From Dehalococcoidales bacterium (lineage in GTDB: Bacteria > Chloroflexota > Dehalococcoidia > Dehalococcoidales > UBA5627): 36,909 bases of DNA. A model generated the notes under the pieces. That model was not told the DNA's origin and did no database searches. It saw only the letters and a list, made by a program, of their open reading frames with translations. Shown in pieces: positions 6,786 to 13,648 of the stretch; within the stretch, counting starts at the first letter, position 1, and every line of letters begins with the position of its first letter. Position numbers and translations under genes: made by a program. The stretch covers positions 1 to 36,909 of the forward strand of contig JAQTVR010000001.1 in the NCBI GenBank assembly GCA_028706995.1. The letters run 5' to 3'.

Positions 6786-7358
6786 ATGGGAATTAAGACA
6801 AAAAAAGTATTAGTAGCCTGCGAGTTCAGCCAGGTAGTAACAAGGGCTTTTAGGGAACGAGGACACGAGGCTTATTCCTGCGATATATTACCAACCGAGG
6901 GTAATCCAGAATGGCATATCCGGGATGATGTACTTAAACATTTAAACGATGGCTGGGATTTAATGATTGCACATCCGCCGTGTACTTATCTGGCGGTTAG
7001 TGGGGCAAGGTGGTTTAAGGAACGGATAAAAGAACAACAGGAAGCGTTGGATTTCATTAACTCTTTAATGTATGCGCCGATTGAAAGAATAGCGATAGAA
7101 AACCCGATTAGTGTTATCTCGACAAGGATTAGAAAACCCGAACAGATTATACAACCTTGGATGTTTGGACACGGGGAAACAAAAGCAACATGCTTATGGC
7201 TGAAAAATCTCCCACTATTAAAACCGACAAATATAGTTGAGGGTAGGTTAGGCAGGGTGCATAAAGAGCCGCCGTCAAAGGACAGGTGGAAAAATCGAAG
7301 CCGCACATTTCAGGGTATAGCGGAAGCGATGGCTGCGCAGTGGTCTAACTTACCTTGA
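6786..7358 (+). CDS. Minimal DNA (cytosine-5) methyltransferase-like protein lacking a target-recognition domain
   Basis: 190 aa. Motif IV-like AHPPCTYLAVSG, motif VI-like IAIENP, motif X-like RTFQGIAEAMAAQW. The motif I position reads VLVACEFSQ, with no FxGxG loop. Confidence 0.6.
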   Translation: MGIKTKKVLVACEFSQVVTRAFRERGHEAYSCDILPTEGNPEWHIRDDVLKHLNDGWDLMIAHPPCTYLAVSGARWFKERIKEQQEALDFINSLMYAPIERIAIENPISVISTRIRKPEQIIQPWMFGHGETKATCLWLKNLPLLKPTNIVEGRLGRVHKEPPSKDRWKNRSRTFQGIAEAMAAQWSNLP

Positions 7359-7383
7359 TGTATCATAGACATTGTGGTATAAT
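7355..7383 (+). promoter_or_regulatory. Near-consensus sigma70 promoter with extended -10
   Basis: TTGATG 7355-7360, 17-nt spacer ending in TGG, TATAAT 7378-7383. The ATG at 7390 is 7 nt downstream with no SD. Confidence 0.6.
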
Positions 7384-7389
7384 GGATAT

Positions 7390-7941
7390 ATGAATAAAAG
7401 AGTATTTGTGCAATCTGGCGACAAATTTGGTAGATTAACTGCAATAAAATATATGTACACTGGTAAACATTGGCGTAGATATATTTTATTTCGTTGTGAT
7501 TGTGGCAAAGAAAAAATACTGCAAGCGGCGAATGTATCATCTGGCAACACTAAAAGTTGTGGCTGTTTAGGAAAAGATACGAGAGCTGCAACTGCCCTCC
7601 CAGGTAGTCTAGGGGCTATGAGGCAAGTTATTTTACAGAACTATAAAAGGCAAGGCGAGCACAGTTGGAGCTTATCAGAACAAGAGTATTATAATATCTC
7701 ACAAGAGAATTGTTATTACTGCGGTTCACCACCTACCCAGACCAGAAAAGGGCAAGGAAATGGATTAGATTTTACATACAATGGCTTAGATAGATTAGAT
7801 AGTAGTAAGGGGTATTTAATCGATAATGTTGTACCGTGTTGTAGAAAATGCAATATCGCAAAGAATGATATGTCTATTAAAGAGTTTTATGATTGGGTAA
7901 AAAGCATAAGTGCTATGGCAGAACAATGGGGAGGTATTTAA
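7390..7941 (+). CDS. Free-standing HNH homing endonuclease
   Basis: Motifs CDCGKEK..SCGC, YYCGSPP and GLDRLDSSKGYLIDNVVPCCRKCNIAKNDMS. The gene looks visibly more AT-rich than its neighbours. The track start is 7372. Confidence 0.8.
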   Translation: MNKRVFVQSGDKFGRLTAIKYMYTGKHWRRYILFRCDCGKEKILQAANVSSGNTKSCGCLGKDTRAATALPGSLGAMRQVILQNYKRQGEHSWSLSEQEYYNISQENCYYCGSPPTQTRKGQGNGLDFTYNGLDRLDSSKGYLIDNVVPCCRKCNIAKNDMSIKEFYDWVKSISAMAEQWGGI

Positions 7942-8147
7942 TGGAAATCCCGCACGATTACGAAGCAGAAGAAGCAGTCAACGGGTCGTTATTATTAGGG
8001 GCTGAGTTGCCTGATTTACTGCCGGATGACTTTTATTCAGACCAGAACGGCACGATTTATAAAGCGTGTTTAGACCTTAACAAAAAGGGCGTGTCAATCA
8101 ATCAGATTACAGTATCGCCAAACAACGACAAGGTGAAGCTAATTTAA
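7941..8147 (+). pseudogene. dnaB: Remnant encoding only the N-terminal domain of a DnaB-type replicative helicase (68 aa)
   Basis: MEIPHDYEAEEAVNGSLLLGAELPDLLPDDFYSDQNGTIYKACLDLNKKGVSINQITV parallels the E. coli DnaB N-terminus (PPHSIEAEQSVLGGLMLD...DDFY...IF...G.PID.IT). There is no ATPase domain downstream. The start is a TAATG overlap behind GGGAGG. Confidence 0.65.
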
Positions 8148-8169
8148 TAGTCAACGTGCTGTTTGATAA

Positions 8170-8201
8170 AAAAACGCAGTCTTATAAGGATAAATAAAAG
8201 G
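8170..8201 (+). repeat. Right copy of the perfect 32-bp direct repeat
   Basis: Identical to 6738..6769; the spacing between copies is 1432 bp. Confidence 0.9.
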
Positions 8202-8210
8202 GGGGATTAA

Positions 8211-8450
8211 ATGTATATAAAATCAGAGCCAATAAATATGAGAGGAGTTAAGAATATGAAATTCAAAGGGCAAGTAGCCAGTGATGTCGAGTGTTATGGT
8301 GAACCACTCTTTAAGAAGGGGGAATGGGTTGAAGGATATTTAGCAGCACCCAATGTGATTGTTGGCGAATTAGTCGAGATAGATGAGGAATGTATAGCCT
8401 TTGAATGGTGGGTTGTTGTTGATACTAAAACAGTAGAGGAGGTTAAGTAA
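8211..8450 (+). CDS. Hypothetical protein (79 aa; alternative start at 8256)
   Basis: Both candidate starts have SD-like sequences (AGGGGGG and GAGGAG). Confidence 0.5.
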   Translation: MYIKSEPINMRGVKNMKFKGQVASDVECYGEPLFKKGEWVEGYLAAPNVIVGELVEIDEECIAFEWWVVVDTKTVEEVK

Positions 8451-8632
8451 TGGATAAACAGGAAGAACAAATAATGAAAAAGTACTTAACTGCATTAGAG
8501 ACTATGGAAGCTTGCATCAAGGAAATTGTAGACTACTTTGTATACCATGATATACCACTACGGATAAAAAAGGACATGGTAGATAAATTACGGGATGTTC
8601 ATAAAGCAATGAGCGAGGTAAAAGATGGATAA
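8450..8632 (+). CDS. Hypothetical helical protein (60 aa)
   Basis: TAATG overlap with the upstream gene; GGAGG upstream. Confidence 0.5.
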   Translation: MDKQEEQIMKKYLTALETMEACIKEIVDYFVYHDIPLRIKKDMVDKLRDVHKAMSEVKDG

Positions 8633-8864
8633 CTTAAAAGAACAATCTAATCTCTCAAAGCTGATGTTACCAAAGTCTGAATTAGATGACATATTACAGA
8701 CTGGAGGTACAAATAGAGATTACTTTGAAGAAATACAAATAGCCTTACTCAACCATCTAGCCAAGCCAGAGTTTAATCTCTACAGGTATCAAGGGGCAGA
8801 TATTTACATTCCACTTGGCAGATATTTATACCCACCCTCAGACTGCTTTAAGGAAGGAGAATAA
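8625..8864 (+). CDS. Hypothetical protein (79 aa)
   Basis: The start overlaps the upstream gene. Its first 20 nt are identical to the start of 9173..9655. Confidence 0.5.
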   Translation: MDNLKEQSNLSKLMLPKSELDDILQTGGTNRDYFEEIQIALLNHLAKPEFNLYRYQGADIYIPLGRYLYPPSDCFKEGE

Positions 8865-8865
8865 G

Positions 8866-9180
8866 ATGAAATATCCAACAGAGGAACAGCTTAAATACAT
8901 AAAAGAATTTGATATAACAAAGCATCGTGTTTTTGAACTGTTAGATTTTATAGAGCAAATCTGGGAATTTGGGGATTGGGGCTTCCATAGGACTAAACAT
9001 ACATTAGAACTAGATACTGGTGGCTGGTCAGGGAATGAAGATATTATTGATGCTTTACAACTGAACTATCTCTTTTGGAGTTTGTACTGGGAAGAGCATA
9101 GGCGAGGTGGGCATTATAAATTCAACGATGAAATGGTATCGGATGAATTGAAAGGTTTCGAAGGAGAACAAAATGGATAA
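8866..9180 (+). CDS. Hypothetical protein (104 aa), GGWSGNEDII...RGGHYKF motif
   Basis: ATG 8866 lies behind AAGGAAGGAG; the track ORF starts at 8815. Confidence 0.5.
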   Translation: MKYPTEEQLKYIKEFDITKHRVFELLDFIEQIWEFGDWGFHRTKHTLELDTGGWSGNEDIIDALQLNYLFWSLYWEEHRRGGHYKFNDEMVSDELKGFEGEQNG

Positions 9181-9655
9181 CTTAAAAGAACAGATAGCAA
9201 GGGAAATTGCAATTATTAGGGGGCTAAGTAATTGGGATACTCTAAGTGATAGGATGGTTACTAAAGAGTTCGGGCGTACCAGAATAAGTGGCTATGCTTC
9301 CAAAGAAGGCTGTTATGAGTATGCTGAACAAATACTCTCTATCATTAAACAAGCAGGTTTTGTCCAGTTACAGGCTAAGGAAGATGGGCTGGTACCAGAA
9401 GAAGAGATTATTAAATATGCAAGCCAAGATAGCACTTATTGTCAATTATCAGTAGATGTAGGAATATGGGCAACCAAAGCACAAAAAGCCCTTGATGATA
9501 AAGAGAAAGAGGAAGCGGTTAAGAAAGTACTTGACTTTGTAGATTCTTATCAAGTATCTGTTGTTACTAGAGAATATGGCTATACAGAAAGTGTATATAT
9601 AGGTGCTTCTAAATGGAACGAATTTAAAAAGCAAACACTGGAGGAATTGAAATGA
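9173..9655 (+). CDS. Hypothetical protein (160 aa)
   Basis: ORF track; the start overlaps the upstream gene and begins MDNLKEQ. Confidence 0.55.
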   Translation: MDNLKEQIAREIAIIRGLSNWDTLSDRMVTKEFGRTRISGYASKEGCYEYAEQILSIIKQAGFVQLQAKEDGLVPEEEIIKYASQDSTYCQLSVDVGIWATKAQKALDDKEKEEAVKKVLDFVDSYQVSVVTREYGYTESVYIGASKWNEFKKQTLEELK

Positions 9656-10185
9656 ACGAAATAACTTGTAGAGGATGTGGTAGATATGAGAGTGAATGTA
9701 CCTGTAATGTGCTTACAAAGGATAAACTAAGAGAAATACCAGATAAAGACCGTGGGTTATCCTTTTCTGACAAGGTTAAATACTGGAAAGAATTATTTAA
9801 TATACAAAAAGAGGTTTCGGATACGTTTAAAAAGAGAATGACTGACTTGGAAACAATCAACGAATCCCATAGAAAGTTAAACGGTGAATTACAGGCACGT
9901 ATAGCAGAACTGGAAGCACTTATACTGACAGAGGAAGATATAGAATTATCCACTATCAATAAAATGATGGATATAATGCTCACCAAAATATGGGAGATAA
10001 AAGACGATTACAATTATTGCCATTATATTACCATCGCTCCACCTAATCCACTATGCAACACATACCAAGATGGTTTTATCAGAGGGACAAACGAGGGTAT
10101 GTCAAAACTAATATGTGCCGTGGCTGCAGAATATAACATTAAACTTGAAGCCAAACTACAAGCGATAATAGAGGGGGATAGATGA
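9652..10185 (+). CDS. Hypothetical protein (177 aa), N-terminal Cys cluster plus coiled coil
   Basis: ATGA coupling with GGAGG upstream. Motifs are CRGCGRYESECTC and a heptad-like central region. Confidence 0.55.
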   Translation: MNEITCRGCGRYESECTCNVLTKDKLREIPDKDRGLSFSDKVKYWKELFNIQKEVSDTFKKRMTDLETINESHRKLNGELQARIAELEALILTEEDIELSTINKMMDIMLTKIWEIKDDYNYCHYITIAPPNPLCNTYQDGFIRGTNEGMSKLICAVAAEYNIKLEAKLQAIIEGDR

Positions 10186-10610
10186 TTAAAAAGAAAAAGA
10201 GAAACGAGGGTGTTAGGGACGGTACCCTGGATGATTTGGTTAGAAAGTATATCCGGTTAATTTCGGATGGGTATTGTCGGAGATGTGGAGAGCATGTCGG
10301 GGTAGAATGGATTGAAGTAGCTCATATGTACAGACGCTCCAGGAAGACAGTAAGGTGGGATTTAAGGAATGTTTACCCATTGTGTAAGGATAATCCCAGT
10401 ACCGGCAGAAAGGGCTGTCATGGAATAGTAGATAACGACCAGTTAGAATTAACGTCTTTTATGTACGAGGTGATGACCCCGAAGGAGATTTCGGAACTCC
10501 AGGAGGTCGCCACAATGACACTAAAAGAGTACCCGATAGACAGGGAGAAAATCAAAGCCGAACTTAAAGAGAAAACAAAGGAGCTGGAATGCGTAGAGGA
10601 CATCCGGTAA
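10182..10610 (+). CDS. NinG/Rap-like recombination endonuclease (tentative)
   Basis: CRRCGEH...EVAHMYRRSRKTVRWDLRNVYPLCKDN...GCH pattern. Its position is at the end of the early region, as in lambdoid nin regions. Confidence 0.45.
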   Translation: MIKKKKRNEGVRDGTLDDLVRKYIRLISDGYCRRCGEHVGVEWIEVAHMYRRSRKTVRWDLRNVYPLCKDNPSTGRKGCHGIVDNDQLELTSFMYEVMTPKEISELQEVATMTLKEYPIDREKIKAELKEKTKELECVEDIR

Positions 10611-10789
10611 ACGAAGGCGACAAACCCGAACTCAAAGAAGGGGAAACTTATTACAGGCACGGACTTGGGTGTATTATCGATGGGGTTTATCATAACTGCC
10701 TAAAAGAAGGGGATTGCCCCTTTGAAGATGGCTGCCACGCTCAAGAAAAGCAAATGTGCACCAAGAACACGGTGGTTAAATGGAATTAA
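10589..10789 (+). CDS. Small Cys/His-rich hypothetical protein (66 aa)
   Basis: AAGGAG lies 5 nt upstream of the ATG. Confidence 0.45.
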   Translation: MRRGHPVNEGDKPELKEGETYYRHGLGCIIDGVYHNCLKEGDCPFEDGCHAQEKQMCTKNTVVKWN

Positions 10790-10825
10790 ACGAATTTGTT
10801 TATCAAGAAATAACTGGAGGCAGGA

Positions 10826-11071
10826 ATGGAAATAGGTTATTGCAAGGACTGTAATGAGTTGAATTATGCTCTAACAAATAACAACGGCGTATTTGAGCGT
10901 GCCAATATGTCAAATAACCACATCGGGCATAACCAGATAATATTCGGCGCTCCGAATAAGTATTGCCCGCCAATTAAAGCGGTATTAACCAAACTACAAG
11001 CTGGCGCACCTATATCCCATAACGAAATAGTGTTGTTTAAACTCGCTCTGCAATTAGAGGATTTGATATGA
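10826..11071 (+). CDS. Hypothetical protein (81 aa)
   Basis: GGAGG upstream; ORF track. Confidence 0.5.
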   Translation: MEIGYCKDCNELNYALTNNNGVFERANMSNNHIGHNQIIFGAPNKYCPPIKAVLTKLQAGAPISHNEIVLFKLALQLEDLI

Positions 11072-11084
11072 GTAGGAGAAAGTG

Positions 11085-11312
11085 ATGCTGATATACGAAA
11101 TCCTATTGAATGAGAAAGAAGAACACGATGGCGAAACTATCACGTTAAATAAGCTAGCTCATTTTCAAAGGGTTAATTATCCTAATGAGCCATTAAGCGT
11201 ACCGAAAGTAAAACCGATTAAGCACACAATCCCGAAAGATTTAGATATAGACGCAATTAACAGGGAAATCAGTAAAGCAGACGACATCAAGACAAGGGGG
11301 AAAGGATGGTAG
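11085..11312 (+). CDS. Hypothetical protein (75 aa)
   Basis: AGGAGAAAG upstream. The ATG is at 11085; the track uses GTG 11082. Confidence 0.45.
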   Translation: MLIYEILLNEKEEHDGETITLNKLAHFQRVNYPNEPLSVPKVKPIKHTIPKDLDIDAINREISKADDIKTRGKGW

Positions 11313-11734
11313 AGTTTTACAGACCGTATCAAGTCAAATATCTACGAGATGATATTATCTGGGTAATCGCCAACGTATTACCGTTGGAGGCTGGGGAGTG
11401 GCCGTCTGAACCTGCTGAAAATTGCGGAGGGCATAAGGTTAATCATTCAGCGCCATTTGAAACTCCGGGTATGATAAGAGCCGAAATAGAATACCGGTTA
11501 AAACTGACAAAGGAAGATGGAGAAACTTTGGTATGGGAAATCCAAGTCGGTCATACGGAAGATTACCGATTCCTCTGCCCGGTTGCTAAGAAAGCACTTA
11601 ATTATATCTGTTCAGGGGTTAAGAGACGCAATCAAACCTATTCCGAATGGTTAAGAGACAGGAAAACAAAGCAAGTAACGAATAAACTTGGCAATTTAGT
11701 GGACATAACGACAAGTAAATGTGTAATTACTTGA
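11306..11734 (+). CDS. 142-aa protein of unknown family; by position a candidate late-gene regulator/antiterminator
   Basis: It is the last gene before a promoter-terminator-leader arrangement. Its stop codon lies inside the TTGACA -35 element. Confidence 0.6.
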   Translation: MVEFYRPYQVKYLRDDIIWVIANVLPLEAGEWPSEPAENCGGHKVNHSAPFETPGMIRAEIEYRLKLTKEDGETLVWEIQVGHTEDYRFLCPVAKKALNYICSGVKRRNQTYSEWLRDRKTKQVTNKLGNLVDITTSKCVIT

Positions 11735-11759
11735 CATTTTAGTCATAAAGTGCTATCTT
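11731..11759 (+). promoter_or_regulatory. Candidate sigma70 promoter (late promoter candidate)
   Basis: TTGACA 11731-11736, 17-nt spacer, TATCTT 11754-11759. An 8-bp inverted repeat follows: TACTTATA 11759-66 / TATAAGTA 11775-82. Confidence 0.45.
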
Positions 11760-11783
11760 ACTTATAGTAAAGTGTATAAGTAT

Positions 11784-11814
11784 GCCTCGACCCCAAAGTC
11801 GAGGCCTTTTTATT
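11784..11814 (+). terminator. Canonical intrinsic terminator about 50 nt downstream of the candidate promoter
   Basis: GCCTCGAC-cccaaa-GTCGAGGC followed by CTTTTTATT. Confidence 0.8.
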
Positions 11815-11815
11815 A

Positions 11816-12440
11816 CGAGCTTAACTACCAAGTGTAGTTGTAGTAACGGCTTACTGAGTGAGTTTTGAGATTGCTGTCCTGCGCTTAATTGACGTATGGA
11901 AGAACTTAATGGTGAGACATTAGCAGCCCACCAGCTCAGTAAGACAGCATATCACCCCCTGAGCCTCTACCTGAAAGGGTTAGTCCTTATGGCAAGCGCA
12001 ACCCACTACAGAATTAACGGTAGCCTCTATAGACGTATAGAGTGGGGGGTTCTTTAGTGGGTAGGACAAATCAGATAAGTCGCAGGTCTCATAAACCTGA
12101 GGAGTCGGGGCGGAACCGACACCCGCAACCAAACTCCAAATTTACGGAGAGAACGAGCAGCGGAGAAGCTCAGGAACCGATGGCGAGAGACGTGATATTG
12201 CGGGTAGTACATCCCTTATCACCTAGTAGTCGGGTGGAAAGACACCTTCCGTAAATTATAAAACCCACTAATTTACTTTCCCCGCTAAAAGTGTAGTAAG
12301 AGTACACTATTTCGTACGATAAAGTGTACGCAACCGGGTGGGTATTTCCTTTTTGGAAACAACCACCGAGAAAAGCTCGGCAGTTCAACTTTTCTAAAAT
12401 ATCGAATAGTTCAAAGTTTGTATCGATTCCCCCGCTCAAT
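11816..12440 (+). ncRNA. Candidate large structured RNA / leader (class unknown; strand assumed from context)
   Basis: About 625 nt with no credible ORF. The core is G+C-enriched and has many nested complementary segments, listed in the findings. Confidence 0.4.
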
Positions 12441-12481
12441 GTTTACAAACTGGTGAAAATCGACCAGTTTAGAGAGGTGTA

Positions 12482-13459
12482 ATGAGTAGATTACCGGAAA
12501 AAGACACGGCAGAATCAGACAATCTAATTAAAACATATTTAACCTGCAACTCTCCTACTGTGGATAAACTGGCTGAGCAATACGGCTACGCAGACAGAAG
12601 AAACTTTACCGATGCGATGAGAAGGCGTTATGGAGCTAGGAGGGAGCGGAATCCTATCAGACAAGAAGCCCCGGAATTAAAAAACAGCTTCATAAAAGGT
12701 ACTGGCAAGGCGTTAGCATTAGACGTTGGCAAGGAATGTAAGGAAATCCTGATTATAAACGATTTGCACATTCCATATCACGACCCGATAACAGTTTCGC
12801 TTGTAATTAAAGTTATTAAAGATTTACAACCTGATTATATTTGTCTGAACGGCGATATAATAGATTTTTACAATATATCAAGGTTCAGCACAGACCCATC
12901 CAGGAGGTTATCGCTCCAAGATGACCTTGATTTAACACGCTGTATATTAAGGGAGATTAAAGAAGCCTCGAATGCCAAAATCTTTATGTGTGCCGGTAAC
13001 CACGAGGACAGACTACGTGCTTATCTCTGGAATAAAGCCCCTGAATTATCCGAGTTAAGGGCATTGGATATTAGACGGCAATTAGGATTAGACATATTCG
13101 GTATTGATTATGCGCCTTATGATTCGATAGTTAAAGTCAATGACATTTTCAAAATCGAACATGGGGATTCGGTTTCTAAGCATTCCGGCTGGACTGCCAA
13201 AGCGATGTACGAAAAGAGGGGCGGTTGTGGGATAGTGGGACATTCCCACCGGTTCGGCTCTCATCTAAAAACAATAGACGATGATACGCAGGGCTGGTAT
13301 GAAAATGCTTGTTTGTGCGACTTAAACCCTGAATACGTGAAAAATCCCAACTGGCAGCAGGGCTTTGCGGTGGTAACTTTTATCAATAAGAGATTTTTCG
13401 TTCAACAAGTACCGATAATCAAACATAAGTTTGTATTCAGGGGTAAATTGTATGAGTGA
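12482..13459 (+). CDS. Calcineurin-like metallophosphoesterase with ~85-aa N-terminal extension
   Basis: Motifs are DLHIPYHD, NGDIIDF, GNHE and VGHSHRFG. GAGAGG SD upstream. Confidence 0.8.
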   Translation: MSRLPEKDTAESDNLIKTYLTCNSPTVDKLAEQYGYADRRNFTDAMRRRYGARRERNPIRQEAPELKNSFIKGTGKALALDVGKECKEILIINDLHIPYHDPITVSLVIKVIKDLQPDYICLNGDIIDFYNISRFSTDPSRRLSLQDDLDLTRCILREIKEASNAKIFMCAGNHEDRLRAYLWNKAPELSELRALDIRRQLGLDIFGIDYAPYDSIVKVNDIFKIEHGDSVSKHSGWTAKAMYEKRGGCGIVGHSHRFGSHLKTIDDDTQGWYENACLCDLNPEYVKNPNWQQGFAVVTFINKRFFVQQVPIIKHKFVFRGKLYE

Positions 13460-13643
13460 TACTTTTAAGGACAATAAACATTCCCTGAAAAATAAATGGG
13501 GCAGGGCTTGGTGGTGTGGTGGAGTACCCTCTTGGTTTAAAAGGATGAATCGCAGAATAGAAAGAACACGACAAGAAAGGGCATTGCGAGAGGGTAAGGA
13601 AATCCCTGTTATAAAGAATAGGGATGCTTACGACTGGTGGTAA
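13452..13643 (+). CDS. Small basic hypothetical protein (63 aa)
   Basis: ATG 13452 overlaps the upstream stop; the track ORF starts at 13431. Confidence 0.45.
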   Translation: MSDTFKDNKHSLKNKWGRAWWCGGVPSWFKRMNRRIERTRQERALREGKEIPVIKNRDAYDWW

Positions 13644-13648
13644 ATTGT

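Noticed and set aside
8163-8188. The 32-bp repeat as a promoter (TTGATA ... TATAAG).
   Set aside because: The spacer is only 14 nt in the right copy, and the left copy lacks the -35-like hexamer.
12097-12126. Hammerhead-like CUGAGGA followed by the hairpin GTCGG-ggcggaa-CCGAC. More generally, a group I intron or twister-like element in the 11.8-12.4 kb region.
   Set aside because: The obligatory GAA(A) after stem II is missing (ACCC follows). No interrupted host gene flanks the region. I could not place the conserved intron or ribozyme cores by eye. The matches (CTAGTAG, AAGCGC, GGGGCGG) are too short to be meaningful.
11830-12297. The 9-bp direct repeat AAGTGTAGT as a target-site duplication of a MITE-like insertion.
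   Set aside because: No terminal inverted repeats lie inside the 9-mers, and the motif is part of a broader AAGTGTA repeat family in the same region.
12042-12439. Track ORFs 12042..12254 (+) and 12170..12439 (-) as protein-coding genes.
   Set aside because: They overlap each other, have no SD or coupled start, and give R/S/P-rich or otherwise implausible translations. The region is better explained as structured non-coding sequence.
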